Shown: one piece after another, positions 10,140 to 20,130 of the stretch
How the letters are laid out: every line of letters starts with the position of its first letter
How positions within the stretch are numbered: the first letter of the stretch is position 1
Assembly: GCA_963830915.1 (NCBI GenBank)
Contig: CAWHOE010000034.1
Location: forward strand, 11,839-75,838
Reading direction: 5' to 3'
Length of the DNA stretch: 64,000 nt
Source: a candidate division FCPU426 bacterium
GTDB taxonomy: Bacteria; Oederibacteriota; Muellerivitia; Muellerivitales; Muellerivitaceae
Program-made: the position numbers and the translations under genes
The notes under the pieces: generated by a model
What the model was told of the DNA's origin: nothing
Databases searched by the model: none
The model's input: the letters and a program-made list of their open reading frames with translations, nothing else

Positions 10140-11048
10140 TTAGACCCAAAGATCTTCCGGATAAACCCCTTCTGAAACCAATCGTCTGATAGAAACCTCA
10201 GCCTGTTTGCGGTCCTCTGGGTAAGTGAGCCCGAACCAGGAATCGGATGTGGGGAGGATTTTCACTTCGGCTCGTTTTTGGGCGATCAACAGATCGATGG
10301 CTTTAGGGATCAGGAACTCGGAGTTTTCCGTATCGCCTTGTTCGCGAAGGAAATTCCCCAACAAATCACCGAATTGGCGGAAGACCGCAGGGGTAAGCCC
10401 CCAGATATTCATGGAAACCAACTCATCTACTCTCAGTGGATGGCCCATTCCTTTCTCGTCCAGGTATTCCGCCCCGCCTCGTGTTTTACGTACCTTGATC
10501 CGCTCCACGATTTTCTTAAGATTCCCATCGTAATCCGCCTCGCAAAGGGCCCGGGAGACATGACCGTGCTCGGAAAGGGTGTTGGCGAGTGGGAAACCCA
10601 CCATGGCATAGGAGGTGCTTTCGAGGGTGGAAAGGGAAGTGAGGTGATCGGCCATGACCTGGAAGGTTTGTCGGCCATAAAAATCATCGGCGTTGAGTAC
10701 CGCGAATGGTTCCTGGACCACTTCGCGGGCGGAGTAGATAGCGTGACCCGTTCCCCAGGGCTTTTGCCTTGTCGGCGGAGCGAGAAAACCATCGGGTAGA
10801 TCCGTTAGCTCCTGATGGGCATAACCGATGGGGGTGCGGGCTTCCCATTTATCGCCGACGGCCTTTCGAAAGTCCGATTCCATCTGGCGGCGAATGATGA
10901 AAACGACCTTTCCAAAACCGGCGCGCAGGGAATCGTAAATAGAATAATCCAGAAGGGTGGCTCCGCCCGGGCCGACACTTTGCATCTGTTTGAGCCCGCC
11001 GAAACGGCTTCCCATACCGGCGGCCATGATCAATAAGGTAGGTTTCAT
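10140..11048 (-). CDS. Sugar-phosphate nucleotidyltransferase
   Basis: MAAGMGSRFGGLKQ, KPWGTGHA and NADDFYG motifs of the NTP_transferase family. Overlaps the galK stop. Confidence 0.85.
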   Translation of the reverse strand: MKPTLLIMAAGMGSRFGGLKQMQSVGPGGATLLDYSIYDSLRAGFGKVVFIIRRQMESDFRKAVGDKWEARTPIGYAHQELTDLPDGFLAPPTRQKPWGTGHAIYSAREVVQEPFAVLNADDFYGRQTFQVMADHLTSLSTLESTSYAMVGFPLANTLSEHGHVSRALCEADYDGNLKKIVERIKVRKTRGGAEYLDEKGMGHPLRVDELVSMNIWGLTPAVFRQFGDLLGNFLREQGDTENSEFLIPKAIDLLIAQKRAEVKILPTSDSWFGLTYPEDRKQAEVSIRRLVSEGVYPEDLWV

Positions 11049-12220
11049 GTTTCTCGACCCGAGTAAAATTTTGCCCCGGGGGCCGCATTAAAGACATAAC
11101 TCGCCAGGTTCAACCCGGTTTTCGATTTGTAGTCCGCCCCGGCCTGCTGACGAAAACTCTCGACGCCGTTTTCCTCGATCAGATTGACCGTACAACCCCC
11201 AAACCCCGCGCCTGTCATGCGGGCGCCATAAACCGACTTGTTCTTCCGGGCCAGTTCCACCAGCAGGTCCAGCTCCCGGCAGCTGACCTCGTAGTCATCC
11301 CGGAGGGATTCATGGGATCGGGCCATCAGTGTTCCAGCGCTGACCAGATCATTTTTTTCCAGGGCCCGCACCATATCTAAGACCCGTTGGTTTTCCGATA
11401 CCACGTGCCGACAACGTTTGAGGATGTTTTCGGGTAGAAGTTCACGATGCCGTTCGAGATCCGCCATCGAAAGGTCCCTCAGTGTGTTGACCTGAGGCAG
11501 GGCGTGGCTGAGAAGGCGAACGCCCTCCTCGCATTCCTGTCGCCTTTGATTATAGGCTGATTGGGACAAGGCGCGTTTGACGCCCGTATTGCAAACGACA
11601 ATATTCACCTCCGGATGAATGGGGAACCACTCGAACGAGAGGTTCCGGCAGTCGATCATCAAGGCATTGTTTTCTCTTCCGAGAAAGGAAGCAAAGGGGT
11701 CCATGATCCCACAGTTGACCCCGACGAATTGGTTTTCCGCCGTTTGGGCCGCCTTGATCAAGTCCAAATCGGCCCAAATAAGACCGCTGATTTTTTCCAG
11801 AAAGACCGCCGAGGCAACTTCGAGGGCCGCGGAAGAACTTAATCCAGCACCCTGGGGTAAGTCGCCCTTTAATACGGCCTGACAGCCATGGAATTTACCG
11901 CCCGCATTAAGGTATTGGGCCAAAACACCCTTGAAGTAATCTGCCCATGGATGGGAGGGATCTTTAAAAAGCTTTCCGGTCTCGAATTCCACCCTGTCCT
12001 GGTAATCGGCTGAATAAAGCAAGATCTTTCCATCTGCCCGGGCTTGTCCGCAAAAATAAACACCACGGTTTACGGCCATAGGCAGGACATAACCTGCGTT
12101 GTAATCCGTGTGTTCGCCGATCAGGTTTACCCGGCCCGGGCCCCAGGATTCCACCGAGGGGGAATCCTCAAATAGTGAGGCGTAGATTTCTTTAGTTCGC
12201 TGGATGAGTTGCTTATCCAT
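11045..12220 (-). CDS. galK: Galactokinase
   Basis: PGRVNLIGEHTDYN, PQGAGLSSSAA and GARMTGAGFGGC signatures. Confidence 0.93.
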   Translation of the reverse strand: MDKQLIQRTKEIYASLFEDSPSVESWGPGRVNLIGEHTDYNAGYVLPMAVNRGVYFCGQARADGKILLYSADYQDRVEFETGKLFKDPSHPWADYFKGVLAQYLNAGGKFHGCQAVLKGDLPQGAGLSSSAALEVASAVFLEKISGLIWADLDLIKAAQTAENQFVGVNCGIMDPFASFLGRENNALMIDCRNLSFEWFPIHPEVNIVVCNTGVKRALSQSAYNQRRQECEEGVRLLSHALPQVNTLRDLSMADLERHRELLPENILKRCRHVVSENQRVLDMVRALEKNDLVSAGTLMARSHESLRDDYEVSCRELDLLVELARKNKSVYGARMTGAGFGGCTVNLIEENGVESFRQQAGADYKSKTGLNLASYVFNAAPGAKFYSGRET

Positions 12221-12712
12221 TTTTGAACCTTTTTTGAACTTCTAAAGGAAGTTTCATAATGACTACTGAAGTGAAAGTCTATTTATACAGGAAATGATGG
12301 TCGAAGGGAGATGACAAAATGAACCTGGGTGACCCGATAGGCGCTTAAGGTTACGCCTTCTGAAGGGGATAGGGAAGGGGCTGAAGTGGATGCCGCAAGA
12401 GCCGGGGAGGGAAACCTAAAAGCAAATTGGAATGCTTGAATTACCTTTGCGCCTACGCTATTCACAAAGGCTATCCCTTCCTTTCGTCATTGAATCCAAA
12501 GCCAAGGCCTCCGAGGTTATAATGCCGGTTTTGGGCAGAAGATCGATGCTGTTTCGGGGAGTATGACCTGGTGAATTGGTATGGGCCTAGGGGAGGCTCC
12601 ACAAAAAGTTTAAATTTTGATAGACAGGAATAAGACACTCGAGGAAAATCAGTCACCCATTAAGGAAAGCTGGTTGGGCAAAAACATTTGCCGCAAACGG
12701 TTTTCTGTGGTT

Positions 12713-12787
12713 CTTGGCGTAAGCATGGAGATCGAGCTGTTTTTAGGAAACGGCAGATCGCCGGTTCGATTCCGATCGCCAGTTCCA
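12713..12787 (+). pseudogene. Degenerate tRNA, probably a former tRNA-Thr(TGT)
   Basis: Retains a T-arm (GGTTCGATTCC), acceptor strands TTGGCG/CGCCAG with TCCA end, and an anticodon stem CTGTT/AACGG. D-arm is disrupted. Sits in the thrU position just before tRNA-Tyr. Confidence 0.6.
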
Positions 12788-12799
12788 CTAATCATCGAT

Positions 12800-12886
12800 G
12801 GACAGGTGCCCGAGTGGTCAATGGGAGCAGACTGTAAATCTGCCGGCCGACGGCCTTCGAAGGTTCGAATCCTTCCCTGTCCACCA
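12800..12886 (+). tRNA. tRNA-Tyr(GTA)
   Basis: GGACAGG/CCTGTCC acceptor stem, GCAGA-CTGTAAA-TCTGC anticodon arm, long variable arm, CCA end. Confidence 0.97.
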
Positions 12887-13029
12887 TTTTTTTATATAAG
12901 CGAAAGTTCCGAAAGCTGACTTCTTTGATCCCCAACACTGGCAACCCCCGTGTTGACCACGCCTTCTTTTAATGACTGCCACACCAGCGGGAACAAGACC
13001 GGCCGGAAAATCTTTAAAAGGAGTTGTCC

Positions 13030-14601
13030 ATGTACGACCTGTTCTTGAAGACCGCCCGCGAGATATACGAAGAAGCCAAGAAGCAGAATCGTCTCCATTA
13101 CAATCCCGATTATGACACCCTAAAGAAGTGGTTTTCCGAAGAGCCGGATATCCGCAAGACCCGTTATGGAAGTCTGGAAGTGGACACCGAGCCCACCTCG
13201 CGCCTGGCACGGTTCACCAAGAACAACATTGACGATAAGTTCGGACCGGACGAGGAAGCCTTCCTCGTCAAGGCCAAGCAGATCCTCTCCAAGGAAGAGT
13301 TGATCGCGTTCGACGTGATCGTGGGCGACGGGAGCGAGAACATCTCGGCCCGGATGGTGGTGCCCAAGAAGCACGCCCATGTCTGCTACGGCGGGACCAA
13401 GCTTTTCAAGCCCGGGGCAGTCTCCGACCCGACCTATTGGATCCTTTTCTTCGTGGACGAGGAGTTCGAGAAGAACAAGACCCGCAAGCAGCCGGATAAA
13501 AAGGTCATGCTGCGCAACGCCTATTCCCCTGAGGGGAAGATGGTAAAGTTCGTCAATAACAGCAACTATATCGGCGAGTGGAAAAAAGGTATCTTCGCTG
13601 GCGAGGATTACCGGGTGAAGCTCAAGAACGACGCTATTTTCCTCCATGCTGGATGCCGAATGGACTATCTGGAGAACGTCCACGGCGACTTCAAGACCAC
13701 CTCATCCCTCTTCGCGGCCTTGAGCGCCAATGGCAAGACATCCCTGACCTGCAAGGTGCTGGCGAAAAAGGGTAAGGAAAAATCCTGGCTCATCCAGGAT
13801 GACGGAGGGACACTCCGGAAGGACGGCAGTTTCCGCGGGTTCGAGGGAGGCGGCGTGTTCGTCAAGACCGAGCGGCTGAACCCCAGCGACCAGATCGAGA
13901 CCTATTACGGGGCCTTGAGGCCCAACACCTATCTGGAGAACCTGTACGTGGAGGCGGACGGCGAGATAGACTTCTACAATATCGAGCGCACCTCCAATGG
14001 CCGGGCCGTGATCGAACGGCGCGATTTCATGCACTCCAGTTCCGATATCAACGTGGAGAAAGTGGATAACCTGTTCCTGATCACGAGGGGTTCCATCATT
14101 CCCGCTGTCTGCAAGTTATCCGCCGAGCAGGCGGCAGCTTTCATGATCCTGGGGCAGTCCATGGAATCCTCGGCCGGGGATCCTACCCGCGCCGGACAGT
14201 TAAAGAACGAGTTCTTCTACGATCCCTTCATCGCGGGCGATAAGTCGGCTCACGCCAATCTCTTTTATGAGATATTGAAAGCGAACCCTCATATCAAGTG
14301 CTACCTGATCAACACCGGAGGGGTGGGCGAAGGCGAGAATTACCATGATATTTCCCTCAAGGACACCATGGGGATCCTGGATTCCCTGGTCCGCGGAGGG
14401 TTGGAAGACTGGGAAGAGTCGATCGGAACGGGCTTGATGGTTCCCAGAGCCGTCCGGACCGTGGATGACATCCTCATGCACCCCCGGAAGCTTTATTCCG
14501 CCGGGGAATTCGAGGAAAGACAAAAGGCCCTTGACACCCATCGTGCCCAGTACCTGGAGCAATTCAAGGGACTAGATAAAAGGGTCGCCTCGGTATTCTG
14601 A
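13030..14601 (+). CDS. Phosphoenolpyruvate carboxykinase (ATP)-like protein
   Basis: NYIGEWKKG, FLHAGC, variant P-loop LSANGKTS, IQDDG, FEGGGVFVKT, SNGRAV and YLINTG motifs. Confidence 0.8.
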   Translation: MYDLFLKTAREIYEEAKKQNRLHYNPDYDTLKKWFSEEPDIRKTRYGSLEVDTEPTSRLARFTKNNIDDKFGPDEEAFLVKAKQILSKEELIAFDVIVGDGSENISARMVVPKKHAHVCYGGTKLFKPGAVSDPTYWILFFVDEEFEKNKTRKQPDKKVMLRNAYSPEGKMVKFVNNSNYIGEWKKGIFAGEDYRVKLKNDAIFLHAGCRMDYLENVHGDFKTTSSLFAALSANGKTSLTCKVLAKKGKEKSWLIQDDGGTLRKDGSFRGFEGGGVFVKTERLNPSDQIETYYGALRPNTYLENLYVEADGEIDFYNIERTSNGRAVIERRDFMHSSSDINVEKVDNLFLITRGSIIPAVCKLSAEQAAAFMILGQSMESSAGDPTRAGQLKNEFFYDPFIAGDKSAHANLFYEILKANPHIKCYLINTGGVGEGENYHDISLKDTMGILDSLVRGGLEDWEESIGTGLMVPRAVRTVDDILMHPRKLYSAGEFEERQKALDTHRAQYLEQFKGLDKRVASVF

Positions 14602-14725
14602 CCGTTGGACGGGCCATTCCCGCCCGGAGTTGAGTTGAAAATGCATGCCCACCCGGTCAGGATTTGAGCCTGGCCGGTCGTGGACCTTTACTTTTTAATT
14701 TGGGTTGGGATAAAGTGGGAAAGTC

Positions 14726-14800
14726 GCGGGAGTAATTCAGTGGTAGAATGCCACCCTTCCAAGGTGGACGTCGCCGGTTCGAATCCGGTCTCCCGCTCCA
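14726..14800 (+). tRNA. tRNA-Gly(TCC)
   Basis: GCGGGAG/CTCCCGC acceptor stem, CCACC-CTTCCAA-GGTGG anticodon arm, CCA end. Confidence 0.97.
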
Positions 14801-14867
14801 TTTTTTACCTTTTGAATGGTTGTTTGACCGTCACCCCTCACTTCAATCCAATAGGCAAGGAAGCGAA

Positions 14868-16670
14868 ATGCTCAGGGATAAAGAGATCATTTTAGACGAC
14901 GCCATACCCGGTAACCCAAACCCGGTCATGGAGATGAACGAATTCATGGACGACCGGGTCCTGTTGTACGGACATCCCGGCCTCTGCCGGAACTGTGACG
15001 AGTTGTTATCCAGCGACGGATTCAAAATGGTCCTGGAACACTTTCTTCAAAAACTGATCAAGCAAGATTCCCCTATTTTGAGCTGCGTCAAGGATTACAA
15101 ACAAAAAGACGGTTACGATTCGAAAAAACTGGCAGGGTTCCTCAAGAACCTGCTGGATCCCAAGACCTTCGAGAAGGCCCTGGCCGATGTGGATCGCGTG
15201 GTCCTGAAGGATTTCCTGGAGGAGCTCTATAACTATTGGAGAAAAAGGGAGCGCTTCGTCATATTCGACAGGGACGCACAGGACGGCGGCATCAATCTGG
15301 GTGAATACCACCAAAAATTCATCTTGGCCAACGAGCAGTTCAAGTTCTTGGTCTTGAACACCTACCGCCGGATCTGCGCGCATGTGATGGGAGACTGGTT
15401 CAAGGTCTACCGCCAGGTGTCGGCGGGCGTGGAAATGGGCCTGCTGGCCGAGAAGATCGATTGGAACCATCCTTCGGAAAGCTATCAAAAGCTCAAGAAC
15501 ATCCCGTTCATCCGTCTTTCCCTCATCTATCCCCCTCTTATCTATTACACCAAGAGCAACAAGAGGAAAGGGAAGTTCAACCCCCTACCGAATAACCCGG
15601 TGGAGACCATTCAGTTGGATCCTTCCCGCTGGCTTTGTTACCCGGCGAAGATCGGCGAATTGATCATTTTCATCTATTTTCATAAAGACTTCATTTCTCA
15701 CGCGGCCGCCCTTTCCAATCTGTTTGAACCGGCGAATGCGCAAGATATCGCCAACCGGAAACCGGATGGCGTTATGTTGTTCGGGGTGGATCCGGCCTTG
15801 ATGAATAACCAGTTGGTCGGTTATTTCGAGGACACCCAGAATAAATTGGTGGTGGGAGCGGTTTCCTACAAACTTCCCGAGGTGGATTATTTTGGTTATT
15901 TCAAAAAGACAGCTCTAACAGTCCATAACATCATCATGATCGAAAAAGGCAACCTGCCTATCCATGGGGCCATGGCGAAGATCGACCTGAAATCGGGCAA
16001 GAGTGCCCATGTGGTCATCATGGGTGATTCAGGCACGGGGAAATCCGAGTCCCTGGAAGCTTTTCGGGTGCTGGCGGACCAATACATCCGCCGATTGACG
16101 GTCGTTTTTGACGACATGGGATGCTTGAGCGTCAATAAAGAAGGGCAAGTCGTGGGATTGGGGACGGAGATCGGCGCCTTTGTCAGGTTGGACGACCTGC
16201 GACCCGGTTACCCTTATACGGAGATCGATCGGTCGGTGTTCATGAACCCCCATTTGGCCAACGCCCGTGTTGTAATGCCGATCACCGAATACCGCCATGT
16301 AGTCATGGGTTATCCGGTGGATATGTTCCTGTACGCCAACAATTACGATAACGTGGACGAGGACCATCCGGCATTGGAGATCATGACCGACGCCATCGAG
16401 ATAGACGAGGTTTTTTCCAGCGGAGCCCGTTTGGCCAAGGGAACCACCGACGAGAAAGGCCTGGTGCATACCTATTTCGCCAATCCTTTCGGGGCGGCCC
16501 AAAAGAAAAAAAAGAACCAGGCCCTGGCCGAGGAATTCATCGACCGGCTGCTCAAGAGCGGCAAAAAAGTGGGCCAATTGCGGACCCGCTTGGGGATCAA
16601 CGGTTTCGAGACAAAAGGGCCGGAAGAGGCAGCCCAGGCACTTTTCGATTACATTTCCAAGAACCTGTAG
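14868..16670 (+). CDS. Second, divergent PEP carboxykinase-like protein (PEPCK/HprK P-loop superfamily)
   Basis: YFGYFKK, PIHGAM, P-loop GDSGTGKSE, VFDDMG, GTEIGAFVRLDD and FANPFG. ATG at 14868 chosen because the longer ORF overlaps tRNA-Gly. Confidence 0.7.
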   Translation: MLRDKEIILDDAIPGNPNPVMEMNEFMDDRVLLYGHPGLCRNCDELLSSDGFKMVLEHFLQKLIKQDSPILSCVKDYKQKDGYDSKKLAGFLKNLLDPKTFEKALADVDRVVLKDFLEELYNYWRKRERFVIFDRDAQDGGINLGEYHQKFILANEQFKFLVLNTYRRICAHVMGDWFKVYRQVSAGVEMGLLAEKIDWNHPSESYQKLKNIPFIRLSLIYPPLIYYTKSNKRKGKFNPLPNNPVETIQLDPSRWLCYPAKIGELIIFIYFHKDFISHAAALSNLFEPANAQDIANRKPDGVMLFGVDPALMNNQLVGYFEDTQNKLVVGAVSYKLPEVDYFGYFKKTALTVHNIIMIEKGNLPIHGAMAKIDLKSGKSAHVVIMGDSGTGKSESLEAFRVLADQYIRRLTVVFDDMGCLSVNKEGQVVGLGTEIGAFVRLDDLRPGYPYTEIDRSVFMNPHLANARVVMPITEYRHVVMGYPVDMFLYANNYDNVDEDHPALEIMTDAIEIDEVFSSGARLAKGTTDEKGLVHTYFANPFGAAQKKKKNQALAEEFIDRLLKSGKKVGQLRTRLGINGFETKGPEEAAQALFDYISKNL

Positions 16671-16763
16671 TTATACAGAATCTATTCATCCGAAGTTGAG
16701 GGTCAGGGTTGATCCTTTGCGATTCCGGCTTGGATGGATCATTATTTTTTGAAGGAGTCCCCC

Positions 16764-18173
16764 ATGAGCTTTCGAATCGAGCATGATTCCATCGGCGAGT
16801 TGAAAGTACCTGACGAGGCCTTGTGGGGCGTCCAGACCCAGAGAGCGGTCGAGAATTTTCCGGTCAGCGGGATCAAACCGCACAAGGTTTTCGTCCAGGC
16901 CACGGTCCATATCAAGAAGGCGGCCGCTCGTTTCCACGGTAGTGTGGGCTGGCTGGACAAGAAAAAGGTCGCGGCGATCGTCAAGGCTTCCGACGAGATC
17001 CTGGAAAAGGATAAGTGGCTCGACCAGTTCGTGGTGGACGTTTATCAGGCCGGCGCGGGAACCAGCCACAACATGAATACCAATGAGGTGTTGGCCAACC
17101 GAGCCATCGAACTATTGGGAGGCAAACGAGGGGATTATAAGTTGGTCCATCCCAACGATCACGTAAACATGGGCCAATCCACCAATGACGTCATCCCAAC
17201 CGCCATCAGGGTATCAGGTTCATTGTTGATCCGGGAACTTCTGCCGGTTTTGGAGAAACTCTCGAAAACCTTTATGGCCAAGGGAAAAGAATTCAAGGCG
17301 GTTTTCAAATCCGGCCGGACCCATCTGCAGGACGCGGCTCCTGTGACCCTGGGCCAGGAATTCACAGCTTATGGGGAGTCACTACGCCGGCATCATGGCA
17401 GGATCCTGGCGGCGTCCCGCGACCTGGAAGAACTGGGGATCGGGGGTTCAGCTGTCGGCTCGGGATTGAACACCCACGCCAAGTACCCGGTTGCTATGGC
17501 CAAATTGTTATCCGAACAAACGGGTTTGAAGTTCAAACCCCATCCCGACCTTTTTGAGGCGATGCAGAGTTTGGCTCCGGCTGTGAGCGTTTCTAATTCC
17601 TTGCGCAATTTGGCATTGGACCTGATCCGTATCGCCAACGACTTCAGGCTCATGACCAGCGGACCCACCACGGGGTTTGGGGAGATACTGCTTCCGGTGA
17701 TGCAGCCAGGTTCCTCCATCATGCCGGGAAAGGTGAACCCAGTTATGGCGGAGTGTCTGGATATGGTCTGCTTCCAAGTGCTGGGATACGACACCACCGT
17801 GGCTTTCGCGGCCCAGGCCGGGCAGTTGGAACTGAACGTCATGATGCCGGTCATTGCTTATAACCTCAACCAATCCCTCATCCTCATGACCCAAATGCTT
17901 CGGGTATTTGATGAAAAATGCGTCCGAGGTATCAAGGCCGACAAAGAACGATGCATGGATTTCGCTCAGAAAAGCGTCTCTATCGCCACCGCTTTGAATC
18001 CGGTTATCGGGTATGAAAAAGCGGCGGAAGTGGTCAAGACGGCTCTGAAAGAAGGGAAAACCATCAAGCAAGTGGTCCTTGAAAAGAAGCTTTTGACCGA
18101 GGAGAAATACAATCATGTTGTCCGGCTCGAGAAACTGGTGGACCCCAACGGTAGAGGCCAAGGAAGCAAATAA
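16764..18173 (+). CDS. Class II fumarate hydratase / aspartate ammonia-lyase family
   Basis: GSSIMPGKVNP signature plus GRTHLQDA, QSTNDVIPT and GQLELNV. Confidence 0.9.
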   Translation: MSFRIEHDSIGELKVPDEALWGVQTQRAVENFPVSGIKPHKVFVQATVHIKKAAARFHGSVGWLDKKKVAAIVKASDEILEKDKWLDQFVVDVYQAGAGTSHNMNTNEVLANRAIELLGGKRGDYKLVHPNDHVNMGQSTNDVIPTAIRVSGSLLIRELLPVLEKLSKTFMAKGKEFKAVFKSGRTHLQDAAPVTLGQEFTAYGESLRRHHGRILAASRDLEELGIGGSAVGSGLNTHAKYPVAMAKLLSEQTGLKFKPHPDLFEAMQSLAPAVSVSNSLRNLALDLIRIANDFRLMTSGPTTGFGEILLPVMQPGSSIMPGKVNPVMAECLDMVCFQVLGYDTTVAFAAQAGQLELNVMMPVIAYNLNQSLILMTQMLRVFDEKCVRGIKADKERCMDFAQKSVSIATALNPVIGYEKAAEVVKTALKEGKTIKQVVLEKKLLTEEKYNHVVRLEKLVDPNGRGQGSK

Positions 18174-18246
18174 ACCAAATGATATGAATTCGGTGTTTTG
18201 AAGCTTCTGCTCCCGGTGAAAAGGGCCTTTTTTAAGCCATTTCTCC

Positions 18247-18274
18247 TTGACAGGGGGGGTTCGGCCCGTAAAAT
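18247..18274 (+). promoter_or_regulatory. Sigma70 promoter for the tRNA-Thr/tuf unit
   Basis: TTGACA, 16 nt spacer, TAAAAT, about 20 nt before tRNA-Thr. Confidence 0.6.
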
Positions 18275-18295
18275 ACCTACTCTTGCTTCATCCCC

Positions 18296-18371
<76 letters not shown>

Positions 18372-18419
18372 TGTTGTTATGACCGTGGCTTTTTTTAAAT
18401 TATTTTGGAGGAAAAGGCG

Positions 18420-19610
18420 ATGTCTAAAGAAAAATTCGTAAGATCCAAGATGCACGTGAATATCGGAACGATCGGACACGTGGACCACGGCAAGACGACG
18501 CTGACGGCGGCGATCACGACAGTGCTGTCGAAGAAGGGATTGGCGACAGCGAAGGGATACGCGGATATCGACAACGCCCCGGAAGAGAGGGAGCGTGGTG
18601 TGACGATCAATACGTCACACGTGGAGTACCAGACGGAAAAGCGTCATTATGCGCACGTGGACTGCCCAGGCCACGCGGACTATATCAAGAACATGGTCAC
18701 GGGAGCGGCCCAGATGGACGGAGCGATCCTGGTGGTCTCGGCGGCGGATGGACCGATGCCCCAGACCCGGGAGCATATCCTGTTGGCCCGTCAAGTCGGC
18801 GTTCCTTTCATCGTGGTGTTCCTGAACAAGTGTGACATGGTGGATGACGCGGAATTGCTGGAATTGGTCGAGGTCGAGGTAAGGGATCTGCTGACCAAGT
18901 ACGGCTTCCCAGGTGACAAGACGCCGGTGGTGAAGGGTTCGGCCACGAAGGCGTTGGATGGGGATACGGGAGATTTGGGAGAGAAGGCCATCCTGCAGTT
19001 GATGGAAGCGGTGGACAGCTATATACCCGATCCAAAGCGAGATGTGGATAAAGACTTCTTGATGGCGGTGGAGGACGTATTCCTGATCACGGGCCGCGGT
19101 ACGGTGGCGACAGGCCGTGTGGAACGTGGCAAGGTGAAGGTGGGAGACACGGTGGAGATCGTCGGGATCAAGCCGACGCGAGAGACGGTGGTGACGGGCG
19201 TGGAAATGTTCCGGAAACTGCTGGATGACGCGCAGGCGGGGGACAACATCGGAGCCCTGTTGCGGGGTGTTGAGAAGAAAGACATCGAGCGCGGGCAAGT
19301 ATTGGCGAAGCCGAAGTCGATCACGCCGCATAAGAAGTTCAAGGGAGAAGTGTACGTGTTGACGAAAGAAGAGGGAGGACGGCACACGCCGTTCTTCAAC
19401 GGATACAAGCCGCAGTTCTTCTTCCGTACGACGGACGTAACGGGATCGGTGAAGTTGCCGGACGGAGTGGAGATGTGCATGCCCGGGGACAACATCACGA
19501 TGGATATCGAGTTGATCGTGCCGGTGGCGATGGAGAAGGAATTGAGATTCGCCATCCGGGAAGGCGGCCACACGGTGGGCGCTGGCGTCGTCACACAGAT
19601 AGTCGAATAA
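18420..19610 (+). CDS. tuf: Elongation factor Tu
   Basis: [21 protein letters not shown] and GGRHTPFF motifs. Confidence 0.99.
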   Translation: MSKEKFVRSKMHVNIGTIGHVDHGKTTLTAAITTVLSKKGLATAKGYADIDNAPEERERGVTINTSHVEYQTEKRHYAHVDCPGHADYIKNMVTGAAQMDGAILVVSAADGPMPQTREHILLARQVGVPFIVVFLNKCDMVDDAELLELVEVEVRDLLTKYGFPGDKTPVVKGSATKALDGDTGDLGEKAILQLMEAVDSYIPDPKRDVDKDFLMAVEDVFLITGRGTVATGRVERGKVKVGDTVEIVGIKPTRETVVTGVEMFRKLLDDAQAGDNIGALLRGVEKKDIERGQVLAKPKSITPHKKFKGEVYVLTKEEGGRHTPFFNGYKPQFFFRTTDVTGSVKLPDGVEMCMPGDNITMDIELIVPVAMEKELRFAIREGGHTVGAGVVTQIVE

Positions 19611-19635
19611 CAGCTCATTTAAGGAACGAAGCCTC

Positions 19636-19785
19636 ATGCGCGAACAAATAACGCTGGCCTGCTCTGACTGCAAGCGCCGCAATTACAACAAAACCCGTGA
19701 TAAGCGGAAAACCCCTGAAAAGATCGAGGTCAAGAAATATTGCAGGTGGTGCCGCAAGCATACGTTGCACAAGGAAACAAAATAG
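19636..19785 (+). CDS. rpmG: 50S ribosomal protein L33 (zinc-binding form), below the ORF-track cutoff
   Basis: Manual translation MREQITLACSDCKRRNYNKTRDKRKTPEKIEVKKYCRWCRKHTLHKETK. Confidence 0.97.
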   Translation: MREQITLACSDCKRRNYNKTRDKRKTPEKIEVKKYCRWCRKHTLHKETK

Positions 19786-19821
19786 CGGAAGGCCCGCCGG
19801 GAGATCCGGCGGGTTTCCAAT

Positions 19822-19897
19822 AGGGCAGTAGCTCTAATGGTAGAGCGGCGGTCTCCAAAACCGCGCGTTGCAGGTTCGAATCCTGCCTGCCCTGCCA
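19822..19897 (+). tRNA. tRNA-Trp(CCA)
   Basis: AGGGCAG/CTGCCCT acceptor stem, GCGGT-CTCCAAA-ACCGC anticodon arm. Canonical position before secE. Confidence 0.97.
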
Positions 19898-19927
19898 TCC
19901 AGATGAAGAACAGTACGAAGGGTGAAA

Positions 19928-20113
19928 ATGATTCAGCAATTAAGGGAATTTTTTATAGAAGCCAGGGCGGAGTTCCGGAAGATATCCTGGCCCACGCGGG
20001 AAGATATCAAGGGATCGACCGGGGTGGTTTGTGTCACCATTTTTTTCATCATGGTACTGCTGGCGACCTACGATCTCATCATCAGCAGCCTATTTAAGCT
20101 GATCATCAAATAA
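19928..20113 (+). CDS. secE: Preprotein translocase subunit SecE
   Basis: EFRKISWPTRE motif plus one TM helix, between tRNA-Trp and nusG. Confidence 0.93.
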   Translation: MIQQLREFFIEARAEFRKISWPTREDIKGSTGVVCVTIFFIMVLLATYDLIISSLFKLIIK

Positions 20114-20130
20114 AGAGAGGTTCGGTTCGA

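Noticed and set aside
12280-12700. Possible structured ncRNA in the galK-tRNA intergenic region (GAAGGGGATAG versus CTATCCCTTC)
   Set aside because: Only one imperfect complementary pair of about 10 nt was seen and no RNA family was recognised. An Infernal search would be needed.
14748-14867. N-terminal extension of the second PEPCK-like ORF, and similarly rplJ from 22219 and trpC from 28844
   Set aside because: These extensions overlap a tRNA, a leader RNA or the upstream gene. Downstream starts have better SD context.
18615-19682. 355-aa ORF antisense to tuf, and other long antisense ORFs such as 32974-33948 and 36857-37624
   Set aside because: Shadow ORFs caused by codon bias in conserved genes, with no recognisable motifs.
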